Counted from the first letter of the stretch, positions 39,954 to 54,543 are shown. The stretch is DNA of 64,000 bases from Octopus vulgaris (GCA_951406725.2 OX597825.1:19220001-19284000), one strand, 5' to 3'. The notes: generated from the sequence alone by a model not told the origin. Numbers and translations: made by a program.

Positions 39954-41077
39954 GAATTTGGGTGCAAACAGTAGAAATGATATTTGCATTGGATGCAAAG
40001 ACTCTTTTTCGTTAAATGGAAATATTTTCTTCATTGATTCAGCACCCGTATATTATTATCCTTTATCTAACCACCACCTATCGTTAATATTATTGGACAA
40101 TTATTGGTGATCTGCAATATTGAAAATATGTTACAACTGTATACGAACATGTTTGTATTTAATCGAATCATTACTTGATCGAAACTTCAATTTATCGAAC
40201 TAGAAATGATGAACGGCACAGTTGCGTTTTGTAGGGTTAGAACTCAGAATGTAAAGGGCCGAAGCTAAAGACTGTAAATCATTTTGACTAAGCCACTCTA
40301 CCAGTTCTGACAGCCGCAACCATCTCGGCATTAATTATAATTTTTGAACAACATCAATAACAACACATAACAAAGTCAATTGAAACACTAACATTGTGAT
40401 AAACAGAAATAAATAACAAGTGCAGTAAATTTAGTTAAATTATACTAAATTAAGACAATAATTCATTATATAACACAATATAACATGTTAGAAACAAAAA
40501 ATCAAAAGAAAATATAACATATTTAGAAAACACTAGAAAACAACGGAAAATTATTCAAGTTTGCGACGCAAAGAAATTAAGAAGATATTTCTCTATAATT
40601 TATTACAGTAAACAGAAGTGTGCTATTCCCTTGCTGCTGAATGAAGCAATCCGTTTAAATAAACATTGTTCGTTTACATCAATTGTCTGTATATCTTTGC
40701 GCTTGCGTGTTTCGATGTATGTAGTGCGAAGTATGTGTTTTTACTATCGTACCGCTTTCTAAGGTTTCACGCTTGTGCGTTAATACGAACGTATATTTGC
40801 GGGTATTCTCTGTCTGTGTTTATGTACAAGTGTTCTTGTGTTCTTGTGTGTGCTTGTGTGTATGTGCGGGTGAATAATTGTGTGTGAATGCATGTGGTAG
40901 CGTGTATGAAAGAGTGCTTATCTGTAAACTTCATTTCTCTACTGATGTGTGATTGTGTGGGTTTGTATATATATGAGTGTGTATGAGAAGAGAGAAAATG
41001 AAGAGGAGAGCCTGTTCATGTGATCAAGTGTGAAGTTTCGAACGTGGACACGTATTTTAGTGTTTATAATGTGTAAC

Positions 41078-41084
41078 ATTATTA

Positions 41085-41127
<43 letters not shown>

Positions 41128-41355
41128 CATCATTGTTAATATTATTATTATTAGTAGTAGTAATAGTAGTAGTTGTAGTAGTAGTAGTAGTGGTAATAGT
41201 AGTAGTAGTAGTATTTTTATTATCATCATCATCATCATCATCATCATTATTATTATTATTGTTTATATTATTATTTTTTAATATTATTTTTGTTGTTACT
41301 GTTGTTACTGCTGCTGTTGTTGTTGTTGTTGTTGTTATTATCATCATTATTATTT
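41078..41355. repeat. Compound trinucleotide repeat (ATT)n-(AGT)n-(ATC)n-(GTT)n
   Basis: Read directly from the sequence. Confidence 0.93.
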
Positions 41356-41859
41356 TCTGAATCCTTTCTGTAAATAATGAGTGGTGCTCCATTACTGCAA
41401 TTTAAACAATTTAAACGAGAAAAAATAATACGATATATTTTAGAAAATTCATGTTCATTTTCGCCTTTTTTTTTAATTGGCGGATTCATTTAGACGGTTA
41501 CATAGAAATGGTCGAATAATTACAATGTTGCCACAGTATTAATGGGGTGTGCCTTGATGTCACTGCATCTTTATAAACTTGAAACTGCCCAGTTATTGAT
41601 AAAATAAGTCCAGTAAAACAAAAGAGTGTGGAGACTGACGAGATATCCATATTTGGATGGAAGTTTGTAGATTATTGTATGTGTAAATCTATTCTGAAAA
41701 TATTTACGAAATAATACACGCAAGATATTTCTATCTCTATTTCACTTCTTTTTTTTTTGTCCACTGTCAGGAGAAGAAAAAATAAGAAATGGATGGGTTT
41801 TAATTTTTAAGTGAATTCAGATGTATTTTAGAATCTCAACCTACGTCGTGCAGAATGTG

Positions 41860-42844
41860 TTCATTCATTTTCTACCACTGTACTATAAAGCTTCAAGCGA
41901 ACTACAAGGCTCTTGTATTATCTGTATAATAGGCAGTGAGAGGGAAGAGCATGCCTGACTGATGACCAAAGAAAGTGTTCGTGCAGAAAGTCGCACAGAA
42001 TGAATTGGTACCATCCACGGCTACCACATACTTTAATAAAAGTATTTTATGAAAATAGATGCATGTTATTTCCAATATTTTTAATAATCATTTCTCCACA
42101 TATGAAAAATGACCATAGAAGAGATTCTGTATCCCAAAGTAGCACACTCACCTTAAAAAGCAAATCCAAGAAACTCAACTTTCTATGTGTTTTAATTACA
42201 GAGTCTCAAGAAAGAGTGTGCTTATGACTTTCTATGCAAGTGGCGGGTGATGTCGCAAATGTTTCGCTTCATATTTGAGACCAGAAAGAAAAGCTTAAGC
42301 AGGAAAGGAGCGCAATATGACTGACATACGGGAGAGTAAGGATGGAAAAATTGATTAGTGCGACATCTGGCGGTTTGGGATTCCCTGTTGAGTGTAGGAA
42401 ATGAGAAAAGTGTCGATTGAGTGATGAGTATCTGTGTAGAAAACCAAAAGAGGAGACAATGTCATTATACTATCAGAAACGAGAAAGAAGACCAGTGTCT
42501 AACAATGCAGAGAGTGTTAAAGAAATTTTTATATTTCTGTTGAATTTGGGGAACTGTTGTTACTCTCATAATCACTGCTGCTATTAGCACAAGCACCGCA
42601 CTAACGAATATGCCACAATCTATGTAAATACACATTTATTGTCTGTAGTCTTCTGAGGATAGACTTTTACACCCGAAATATAAAGATTGCTTAAACTTTC
42701 TGCACTGTTAGAAACTTTCCTTATTTCTCATTTCATTCATTTTCTACCTCCGTACTATAAAGCTTCAAGCGAACTACAAGGTCCTCTTGTATTATCTACA
42801 TAATAGGCAGTGAGAGTGAACAGCATGCCGGACTGACGACCAAA
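41860..42844. repeat. Direct repeat pair, ~110 bp (41860-41970 and 42732-42844)
   Basis: TTCATTCATTTTCTACC…GTACTATAAAGCTTCAAGCGAACTACAAGG…ATAATAGGCAGTGAGAG…GACCAAA occurs twice with scattered mismatches. Confidence 0.9.
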
Positions 42845-43388
42845 ATCTGGAGCGATTCTCTCTCATATTGTCAACCATTTGAATAATTCTCCGGATGTCT
42901 GTGTGTGCAGCAGCAGCCCCGTCTCTGGTATGGGAGAAGTACTGTTGTGCGTCATATGTGCAACGCAGTGGGACTGAAATAGGAACCATGTGGTCGGTAA
43001 GGCAACTTCTTACAACACAGCCACTGTTCAAGTTCTTAGAAACACTCCATCTTGTGAATATCATGACACGTTTCACATATTCTCAAGCTTTCTCGTGTCT
43101 TATTTTCCAACTAAGCATTCTTCACGTTATATAATCCATGTATCCCTAACTGCTATCAGCTGGAATTCCATTACTGGAAGCCTTATATCGACTGTTATAA
43201 TGAACATCAACCACATTGATTTCAGAAATATAGAAGTTCATTCGTGGGTGACAAGCAATGCATTTCTCATATGCGATGGCAACGCAAAATACAAACTACG
43301 ATTGAGATAATAATAAGGCGCACTACGAATGAGGATTACTGTGATACGTACCTCCTTACCAACACAAGAGCATGTACTGTTAACAAGA

Positions 43389-43610
43389 TACGTGGATGTG
43401 CTGAAAAGTTCCTGGTTTTAAGAATGTCGCGGAAAGCCTGGCTGGGGACTCAGCCTTCCGTGTTTTCTTACAGTGCTTAGAAAAACTGAAGGACAGCTGC
43501 AATAAGTGTGCGAATCTGAGAGAAGAATATGTTGAATAAAATCATAATTAATTTTATCCTCCTGTATTTTCTTTAACCCAAAGCCAGGAGCATTTCAGCA
43601 TCCCCTCGTA
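43389..43610 (+). mobile_element. mariner-derived MITE with TIRs and TA target duplication
   Basis: Ends are TA|CGTGGATGTGCTGAAAAGTTCCTGG and CCAGGAGCATTTCAGCATCCCCTCG|TA. The interior retains the transposase C-terminus KLKDSCNKCANLREEYVE*. Confidence 0.85.
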
Positions 43611-44078
43611 TATAACTAACAAATAGACTAGTTCACTTAACATTAAAAATGGAACATAGAACTACACACTTAACTATTTACACTGAAGCAACGCGATGAA
43701 TAAAGAAATGAACGAATCCTTCATGAATTAAAAATTAATGAATATTTCATGAAGATTTTATTTTCCTGATATCAAATCCCCTCGTCAAAGTGTCTTGTAA
43801 AGAGATGGCTTAAAACCAGCTGACTTTCTGTATATAGATACTATGATGGCGATGTGTAAGTTTGCACGGCATTCATGCTTGCTTAAACATTTAAATGTTT
43901 AAACAATCGGTTATGTACATATCTATCTGTATTACTACACACGCGCATACACCGTAATACCATAGACATTCTGAAATATATATATGTATATATATATGTT
44001 TGTATGCATATATATATGTGTGTGTGAATGTATATGTGTATATATGTATGTGTGTATGTATGAATGTACGTATGTATT

Positions 44079-44165
<87 letters not shown>

Positions 44166-44853
44166 GTATGTATATATAACATCATAAATACAAAGAGAGA
44201 CAAAGAGGGAGAGAGGGAGAGAGATTCATGCATACATAGATTGAAGGATAGACAGATATACATAAAAACACACAGGAATATATGCATACAGAAATACGTG
44301 AGAGTATGTATGAGAAATGAAATTATTGCTTTTAACACGGAGTTAAATTTATTAAAAATTCATGGATGACATTAACGGGCGATTTATAACTAAATTCATT
44401 TCCGTTATCGATGTTGAATATTAGAATTATTCATAATTATAAAAATGTGTCATTATCCATTCCGAACGCGGAATATCGTTTCCATTTCAGTAAATGGAAG
44501 ATATACGAAGATACGTTTTTGTTAAATTCATATTTGTACTACCTCTCACTTTTAATGATAACGATATAAATATGTGTGTGTGTGCACGCGCGCGTATTTC
44601 CTTTCTCATTAGCAATACCCTTTCCTTTATATAAGCATAAATGTAATTCTTTTCCAAAATAAATATCCCTTCATACTCGAGGCTCCAGTGAAATTATAAT
44701 GTGTTACTTAGGCACCCAGCTATGAGGCCACAACATCTTATCACAGAAATATTTATTAGCTAATGAAGTTCATAAGATAATCGTTTCTTCTTTGATATCT
44801 CATTACACCAACAAACACACACATATACATGTATTCACATCTATATATACTTA

Positions 44854-44921
<68 letters not shown>

Positions 44922-45364
44922 TAGAGAAAGAAACATGAATCGTTACTTCTTCATATAGATATGTAAATATAAATAAATGAGTTTGAAATATACCGAAATA
45001 TAATTAATTTCTTAATTCATTCTCTACATGAATACGTAGATTATTTTTGTGTGCGATCTTTTTAAAATTATATATGCTTGTGATATTCAATGATTTATAA
45101 ACCTTTTCTCTATCTGATCTTTTCAGACATTTCTGTTTTATTATTGTTCTCGAATAGTCTGTTGCCAGTTTTGTAGAAAGTGGCCTAGATTACTTCACAT
45201 ATGCACGTATCCAGTTAGGTATGGATTTAAAGCATGGTTTACATACATGGGAGTGTTGATATTTTTCACAAGTATTTCGTTGATATTTATCACAAGTGAA
45301 GATAGGTATTATGCGAAGCACATTTTGCAAAAATAAAGTGCGAAAACATACGTTTCATACTTCA

Positions 45365-45431
<67 letters not shown>

Positions 45432-45799
45432 CCGAATTTCAATTCATCTTATCATTTCAGCAATTAATGAACATTTTTCTCTCATTTAAATTATGCCAAT
45501 ACCTCATATGAAACGTTATGTCAAGATCTGAAGTTTATTTAAAGCCATTTATATATTTAATTTAACGAAAGTTGAAAGAAAATTTTTAATTGCAGACATT
45601 TAATTTGTCGTTTGAATAAAATATTTTACAACAATAGTATAGAAACCACTTTATTCTCTTTTCCTAAAGAAGGGTGAATGGTTGAGACAGCGATTTTAAT
45701 TCTTCACAGTAAATCACATTCAATTTATTTCATTTTGTATGAATTGTATGACCTTTTATATATATACTCACTAAAATCCTTCGATTCTAGGTCTGATCT

Positions 45800-46015
45800 T
45801 TACTCGTTACTCTTTTACTCTTTTACTTGTTTCAGTCATTTGACTGCGGCCATGCCGGAGCACCGCCTTAATCGAGCAACTCGACTTATTCTTTTTGTAA
45901 TCCCAGTACTTCTTCTATCGGTCTCTTTTTGCCGAACCGCTAAGTGACGGTGACGTAAACACACCAGCATCGGTTGTCAAGCAATGCTAGGGGAACAAAC
46001 ACAGACACACGAACG

Positions 46016-46057
<42 letters not shown>

Positions 46058-46222
46058 TACGACAGGCTTCTTTCAGTTTCCGTCTACCAAATCTACTCAC
46101 AAGGCATTGGTCGGCCCGGGGCTATAACAGAAGACACTTACCCAAGATGCCACGCAGTGGTACTGAACCCGGAACCACGTGGTTGGTTAGCAAGCTACTT
46201 ACCACACAGCCACTTCTGCGCC
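45800..46222 (-). mobile_element. Family-B SINE, full length
   Basis: Reverse complement of the family-B consensus, with internal (TA)n. Confidence 0.9.
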
Positions 46223-46351
46223 TAATTTGTTTTCTCTGTGAACTAAAATAAATACTTCAATTTATTGCTAACTTTTTTTGCCACTAAGATGTTACTCGCC
46301 AATGTATGGTTAATTTGTTATCAGAAATGAAATTTCTAAAATAAATTTATA

Positions 46352-46712
46352 TGCGTGGCTGTGTGGTAAGAGGTTTGCTTCCCAAGCACTACTTGCCACC
46401 TTGGTCAACTGTCTTCTAATTTAGCCTTGGACCGATCAAAACCTTGTGGGTGGATTTGATAAACAGAAACTGAGAGAAATGTATGTATAGGTATGTATTT
46501 GTGTGTGTGTGAGTGTGTGCGTGTGTGTGTGTTTCGCCCCACCATCGCGTAACAACCGATGCTGGTGTTTTTTTTTATTTCCCCTTAATTTAGTACAAAG
46601 ACTTACAAAAAATAAGTCTTGGGTCGATTTCGTAGACCAAAATCCTTTAAGGTGTTGCTCCAGCATGGCCGCTGACAAATAACTAAAACAAGTAAAAGAA
46701 TAAAAGAATAAA
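46352..46712 (+). mobile_element. Older family-B SINE
   Basis: GTGGCTGTGTGGTAAG…CCAGCATGGCCGC…ACAAGTAAAAGAATAAAAG; more diverged, with internal (TG)n. Confidence 0.8.
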
Positions 46713-47325
46713 ATAATATGACAGCTAGAATATTAAATATGCATGAATGCATAACGGAGGCGAAGATTGTTTATCATATATTCACTCTGGAAGGCTTTGA
46801 GAACCCTAATCACCATAATGATGGAATTCAAAAAAACAAACTCGGTTGTGAATGTATATCATGAGAAATGAGGATTTATATATTCTAATATAATCTAATT
46901 CTTTCATGTTTATTTTTTTTTACGTTTGATAGCCACTCAGCTATTCTAATCTTTGGTCTATAGCATATGGTAAATTTCTCGAAATTTCAAAACTATCATT
47001 TTGTTTAACCCGCGCAGAAACATTACTCCCATATTGTTCTTTCTACCACATGCATTCTTCTAACAATTGTTCTGCATCTCTTGATATCGCAAGATCGTAG
47101 TGACCTGAACAATCCATATGGATGACATTAATTTTAGTTATTCATTAATTTTAGTTACAGCAGTTCATTTAGTGTCGTTAAATTTAATGTACTTGATATC
47201 AAAATCCTATGTAAGTATGCAACGTAGAACACTCGACATAAACTGTATATCTAGTGATATTTCTCAAATTTCGTCAGTAAGCGAGATGGCTCAGGGTATA
47301 TTTCCGTATTATACACATCCTTAAA

Positions 47326-47524
47326 AAAGAATAGACAAACAAGGACAGACATAGGTATTAAGTCGATTACATCGACCCCAGTGCGTAACTGGTACTTAAT
47401 TTATCGACCCCGAAAGGATGAAAGGCAAAGTCGACCTCGGCGGAATTTGAACTCAGAACGTAACGGCAGACGTATTACGGCTACGCATTTCGCCCGGCGT
47501 GGTAACGATTCTGCCAGCTCGCCA
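47326..47524 (-). mobile_element. Young family-A SINE with the alternative 3' tail
   Basis: Clean family-A head and core. The tail AATACCTATGTCTGTCCTTGTTTGTC matches the one at 38957-38985 rather than the tail in the 4.8-5.6 kb array. Confidence 0.9.
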
Positions 47525-49593
47525 CATTCAGAAAACAGTATATCTTAAAGCAGTACAACATTCAGATGAATTATTCCACAAGACCTTCAATATGAAAAAT
47601 ACTAATAAATTTAGTGTGAATATATTTAATGTAGAATGCGACAAAAAGCTATGTAAAATAGATATGCAACGAAGAGACGATACCATTGACTCAGGGATTC
47701 AGTGTCTCATATGCGTAAACATGGTTTTGTGTTTAATAGTTCACTTCTCAAATTCGCGGCTTCGGTTTCTATTTCATTGTGCGACACCTTGCCGAAGTGT
47801 CATTTTCTAGATTCGTGATTTGTGGGTGTAATTTAGTAAAGTGAATATCAGTGGATATCCATCTGAGATACAGTTTCTGTTTTTGTCAACTAGACTTAAT
47901 CTGGCGGCTAGTTAAATTGACTAATTATCATTCGGTTGCTTTAGAAACTCCGTGAGAGGCATTTTATTCAGTCTAAAGTTATCCTCCTCAATTCATCTGC
48001 CGAGGTGCAAAAGATCTTCCTTTTGACTCACCTGCTACAAATATATATATATATATATATACTTTATTTAAAAGTAGCAGAAATTCAACAACACCTGTTC
48101 CTCGAAGTTTCACGAGGAGTTTCAAGGGTAGAGTAATAAAGCATATCACTCTACCCTTGGTATTTGAGTACTCGTTTTTCCACCTTGTTTCACATTTATG
48201 TGTTTACTCCGGTATATATATATACATACATATATATATATATATTAATGATCACCATATACAGGACATACTTAGCGAAGTGTATAACTCACCCAACTAT
48301 CCGAAGTAGTAGTGACAAGAGAGCAACTATATAGTGTAGCAATATATTACACGAATAGGTGTGAGAAATAAGCAAAATTAAAAAGACAGTCAAAAGCGCC
48401 GTCCTCACGTAAAACAATAATCATATTGCACATATCGAATAAATGAATAATTCTCTAAGTATGTAGTAAGAGAAAGACAAAATAATCGCTGTTAATATTT
48501 TAATTGATTTTTAAAGCAGAAAGTGGAAGTATTCTTGAGCAGCTTTTAGCTTTATTAAACAATCTTTAGGATAATACACCATAATTCGTTATACGTATTT
48601 ATAAAACATGGCGTGGTTACATACATTAATAAAGGGATATATTACACTCTGAAATTAGAATAAAGGTAAAATTTTCGGCATAATCTAGATGAGTAGTAAT
48701 CATTCGAAGTTCAATAAATTAATTCGTGATTTTGAAGACATGTACTTTGAGAATTTAGAAATACGTGTAAATGATAAAAGATTAAGAGAAGTAAACTTTT
48801 TTCTATATATGAGTGAGCATACATTTTTTTTTCCATATTCCATACGCGTGAATAACATTCAACAACAAAATATACTTAATCACATTTTTTTATATAGTAT
48901 CCAAGAAAGTTTTTTAAAGAACTTCTGTATATAATCAAATGTCAAAATAAATGAATAAATAAAATATGTAGTTTAGTGCAACTATTTATTATAGTACTTG
49001 CCAGAAACATTTCCTATTAAATTCACGCCAATTTTTCTATTTCAAAATACAAGATTTTTTTGTTTATTTTGTTTTCTTTACCTATCGACAGAATAAAGAA
49101 ACTGATTAAATTACAAGAACTAATCGCAGATTTTAGTATTTTTAGATTATTCACAACGAAATATAGGCTGTATACATTCTAAAAGACAGAGGGGGGGGAG
49201 TATATCATAGATTTACATTCTGACACATATGCAGAGAAAGTTTTGCTTTTCAGAGAAACATTTTATTGCGTTAACTGAGGCACAGCAGCTTTAGACTCTT
49301 CTAAAAGGCTGAATAGACGTCTATTCATCATAACAATTTCTACTGTGTATCAAAAGACTAATTTACTCACAAAAAATCCATCAGTCCTCCGAATTAAACG
49401 CTTCCCGGATGAAATTAGTATCATTATTTCTCTAATACTTTTCCCCCTAACACAAAAACTATTTACTGAAACGAAAATATAGGTGATAATGTGTGCATTA
49501 TACATTGATATACAGACGTGTACAATGGTATTTTTGTGTCCATACACGTTTTGTCATATATTGTTATATACACATAACCACAACCACGAACAC

Positions 49594-49695
<102 letters not shown>

Positions 49696-50172
49696 TTGTG
49701 TGTATTGATTCATATATCCTATATATAGACAATATATTTCTCTCTCACTCTCTCTTCGACTATCTCTGTCTACAAACCTGTCTGTCTATGTATCAATATG
49801 CATGCACACAAACATACACACACATTCACATGAGCATAATCTATATTGCAATTTACGAGAACAAATGTAATTTACGGTATTTATATGTAACAATAAACCA
49901 GAAATCGAACCCACACGCACATGAAAACGCATATGTATATACTTACACGGATATATGAATATGCGGAGGTGTGAAGCGAAAAGAAAAATATTCAAGTATT
50001 TTTTCTTTGTTTGATGGTCAATTCGATACATGTACATAATATGTGTGCATTCTTGTATGTGCGTGTCCACATACACACATACAAACACACACATATTCTC
50101 GCAAAAGCACATACACACGAGCACACACACGCTTATGCATGTATGTATGTGTATATATATATATATATATAT

Positions 50173-50232
<60 letters not shown>

Positions 50233-50542
50233 GTTAAAGTAGAACGTTGGAATGAGTGTTCAACACAGCATTGGTGGATAAATAATCTCTTTATTTGTGA
50301 ATTAAGGCCACCATTGATTTCATGTTAAGAAGAGTGGAAAAATATCAAAGTATCTTAACAACATTTCAAGCCGATCACGCTGAGAAAGGTGTTCGCCTCC
50401 ATATATATATCCAGGAACATTTTCATGCAGGCGTAGAATCGTACGTTATGATTGAGGTCTTTGAAATGATAGTTTGTACATTTTAGACTCACTATGGAAA
50501 TATATATTAGCGACAAAGGCAATATTGATACAAAACGATAAA

Positions 50543-50846
50543 CGTCGCCCTTTTCTAGCCTAGCCAGGCTCATGGGCCCGGTTTTCCGGTTTCTGTGGCG
50601 TATGTGTTCCCCCCAGCTGGACGGGACGCCAGTCCATCGCAGCGTTGCTCAAGAAATAGGAAGAGAGAGTGAGAGAAAGTTGTGGCAAAAGAGTACAACA
50701 GGGGTCGCCACCACCCCCTGCCGGAACCTCGTGGTACTTTTAGGTGCTTTCGCTCAATAATCACACACAACGCTAGGTCTGGGAATCGAAACCGCGACCC
50801 TCTGACCGCGACTCCGATGCCTTAACCACTGGGCCATTGCGCCTCC
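50543..50846 (-). mobile_element. tRNA-derived SINE, family C, tail type 3 (V-domain-like)
   Basis: Family-C head and body, then GCGATGGACTGGCGTCCCGTCCAG…TACGCCACAGAAACCGG, which resembles the V-SINE central domain. Confidence 0.85.
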
Positions 50847-51389
50847 ACATTATTATTACAGAGAAGTGATATTTTTTCCCAATTAAATGTGGCTGTTGAG
50901 TTAAAACAATCTTTACTGCTGTAGTTACCATAAGAGAAATTCTCATACTGACTTTTGGTGCAAAATGTACTCTTGTTTATATCAATAACGGGGAGATAAT
51001 TCCTCGCCATCTCTAGATGCCAACCACGAAAAAGATTTTTGTAACTGAATACCCACGTTTGAGTGAGGATCATTATAGCAACACCACAGAAAAGATTCTG
51101 CTATATACAGTTTGACTTCCTCCGGTTTATAACCAACTGTTATATTTTGTGATATATGGGCCAGTACACAATGTCTGCTCTTTGGATGAATTTTAAAAGC
51201 ACGTTCAAAGATGTAGTTCTAAGTATTAATTTCTTGAACACATCTCGAGAATTAGGCTGTAGTAAATGCCACCTATTGAAATAATAACATTATATTTTAT
51301 AATAATAGCATTATATAGGTATTGTTTACATACTTAGAAACTTGTTTCATAATGTTAGTAAGAAATATTGCCAGAATTTTCTGAATTTT

Positions 51390-51775
51390 CTTTTACTCTT
51401 TTACTTGTTTCGGTCATTTCAATGTGGCCATGCTGGAGCACCGCCTTTAGTCGAGCAAATCGCCCCCAGGACTTATTTGTGGAAGCCTATTACTTATTCT
51501 ATCGGCCTCTTTTGCCGAACCGCTAAGTTACGACCCAGCATCGTTTATCAAGAGATGTTGGTGGGGGTGGGTGGACAAAAACAGACACATATATACATAC
51601 ATACATGCATATATACATATACATATATACGACGGGTTTCTTTCAGTTTCCGTCTACCAAATCCACTCACAAAGCTTTAGTCGGCCCGAGGTTATAGTAG
51701 AAGACACTTGCCCAAGTTGCGACGCAGTGGGACTGAACGCGGAACCCTGTGGTTCGTAAGCAAGCTACTTACTAC
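51390..51775 (-). mobile_element. Family-B SINE
   Basis: Reverse complement of the family-B consensus. Confidence 0.88.
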
Positions 51776-52182
51776 ACACACACACACCTAAGCCTACATA
51801 ATAATTTCTTCGTCGACTCTGGATATCTTCATCTTAAATAGGAATTAACACTGAGATTGATAAACAGATACTGAAATAAATAGTTTTGTTTGTTGCGACA
51901 GTACAATAGTAGTAAATGTTTTTGCTATTGCAAATGCAGTCCGCAGTTAACTCGACGGTATCTCTGTGTATAATGCATTGATTTGTCACAATATCATGCC
52001 CCACGAATATAATAAACAAAATGCTAAATAGCGTTTAGAGAATATCCATTTCAAAGACATTCCCTTGCAATTCTGAACGACATACATTGTCAGGCACATA
52101 TAATGAATACTCACAAACCCCATCTCTCCCTTCCTCTCTCTTTCACTATTTCTGCCTCTATCTCTCTATATGTACATATAGT

Positions 52183-52385
52183 ATGTGACCTCGTCTGTAT
52201 CACTAGCGGGTTTTTTTCCCCTGTCTTCTCTTCTCGGGATCCTTCCTTCTCCTATGTTTCCGACGAAGGGCTCCGCTCGAAACGTCAAACCCTCCTTCTT
52301 CCCTTCTTTCTTGAGCGTCCACTAATACTTTATTTGTTCCACGTCCTTGCGTTGTTTCTTTGTTTTTGTTTTCTTGTTTGGATTA

Positions 52386-52390
<5 letters not shown>
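52183..52390 (+). mobile_element. Short Penelope-terminal-repeat-like element (second family) ending at (TA)n
   Basis: Pyrimidine-rich body, a hammerhead-like motif, TGAGCGTCCACTAATAC, then a T-rich end running into (TA)n. Same architecture as 37963-38280 but a different sequence. Confidence 0.7.
52256..52290 (+). ncRNA. Minimal type-I hammerhead-like ribozyme, U4C variant
   Basis: GTTT-CCGACGAA-GGGC-TCC-GCTC-GAAACGTC-AAAC: stem I GTTT/AAAC, stem II with one G:U pair, palindromic ACGT stem III, GUC cleavage triplet. Confidence 0.65.
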
Positions 52391-52425
<35 letters not shown>

Positions 52426-52645
52426 AATACACGATACATACACATACACTCAAACACACACACACATATACACATATACTTAAACACATTTATGCATGCA
52501 TATGTACGTGCTCCTTGAAAGTGCAGTCGAAATGAAAGTGCTGTCGAAATTGTGAGAAGTTTTCTCGGTAACTGATGAGTGATGAGCGTGTACCCGTCTT
52601 ATAGATACATGTATATACATACACTTGTATACATATGTATGCCGT

Positions 52646-52717
<72 letters not shown>

Positions 52718-53027
52718 CTGAAGTACGATAATATGTATTGATTGACCCATTCTAGAACATGCTGTCCCGTAATCAATCACCCTAGAAATTGTGAGCAGTG
52801 TCTCACGAGTATGTATATTATCTTGTTACAGATCGGAATTGTTAAGTTCATTCAAACGTTTCCATCTATATTTCTGAGAAATTTTCATATGCTAAATGGA
52901 AAAAAAAATAGTTTATTACTTTTTACTTTTATTTGAGCTACTTTACCCATATAACATAATATATAATAGAATCGGTCATAAAGTATAAAAAAAAGAACAA
53001 TTACACAGTAGTTTAGATGCATCCTCA

Positions 53028-53801
53028 AATTGTTCTAGAACAAGTACCTATATATAGTATTGTGATGTTCTCATTCTTAAATACCTTTCTCTTTGTATAA
53101 ATGAATAATTTGATTCAGAGGAAAAACTCAATCTAATTTATCAGTTAGAAACGGATAACAACAATATTACTGCAAAGAGATATGCGAATATTTCCCCTCA
53201 CAGCAAAATAGAACATTAATATTCAACACTTTAACCATGCACAATCAATGGACTTGAACTGCAGAAGACAACAGTCAAAAAGCCCTGAAATCTTGCCATA
53301 TTGTCTTCCAGCACCAAAGTCAGATTTGATAATGTAGTCCTAGAAACTCTATAACTAAATAAGTGATGGGATAGTCAAAGAGATACCATAATTCATTTGA
53401 GATTTTTATCACATCATTCTATTCTAGCCATTATTTTGTGTTCGTTGCAGACATTTCCCTGTACTTATTCCGATTTGAAAAATGTATGGACATCAAAATA
53501 TTCTAATTCGTCTGCACCAATCTTATTCACTTAAATTCCTCATGCTTCTTGCACGTAGGAAGAGAAAAAATTATGATTTATGTTTATATCTCATCAAAGG
53601 TCTCAGAGTGCTCATATTTCTATAAATATATAGCCAAGGAATCACTATTTTACAGTTCACTTCATAGCGTTCCATCTAGAATATTCCTGTCATTTGTTTT
53701 CCTACAAGTTATTCAGCAACAGACAATCTGCTTTGATTTTCCTGTACCGGATATTATATTTTTAGCATAATCTCTAATCTCTTTAAGACTACAAATATAT
53801 G

Positions 53802-53841
<40 letters not shown>

Positions 53842-54543
53842 CAGTTCTGACTCTCTTTCATTCGCATACATATGTATGTCTGTACATAAGCGTCTACACA
53901 TGTATATACATAAGGATATATATGTGTGTGTGTATGTGTGTAAGAAAGAAGAAGGAAAAGGGATAAAATATCTGCAATTTCGGGATGGAGGTAACGTAAC
54001 GGAAACCTAATTTTATGAATTGGTTTCGATTTCCAATGCCATGTAATTATTCCATTCGTTTTGAGAAATTTGCTATCGTGAAGTACTAGTTTCGATTTTA
54101 CCGCACGATATCTAGGGCACATGTGTTTGACCATACCCACGTGTGAACCTAGATCTTGTGAGTAGAACTAAGGCAGATGGAAAGTGTGTACTAATATTTT
54201 CTTGTTATGAAGACACGCGACAAGGCAAGTTTTTCTTATGTGCCATTTGTCTCTTCAGGCTCTGAGCACTTGATATGTTCAATTGTCCTAGAACAAGTAT
54301 CTATATATAGTATTGTGATGTTCCCATTCTTAAACACCTTTCTTTTTGTATAAATTAATAATTTCATTCAGAAGAAAAACTTAATCTAATTTATCAGTTA
54401 TAAACAAATAACAACAATATCACTGCAAAGAGATATGCGAATATTTCCCCAGCAAAATTGAACATTAATATTCAACACATTAACCATACGCAGTCAATGG
54501 ACTTGAACTGCAGAAGACAACAGTCAAAACACCCTGAAATCTT
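53028..54543. repeat. Direct repeat pair, ~265 bp (53028-53294 and 54281-54543)
   Basis: AATTGT.CTAGAACAAGTA…GGACTTGAACTGCAGAAGACAACAGTCAAAA..CCCTGAAATCTT occurs twice, roughly 90% identical by eye, with a 4-bp indel. Confidence 0.93.
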
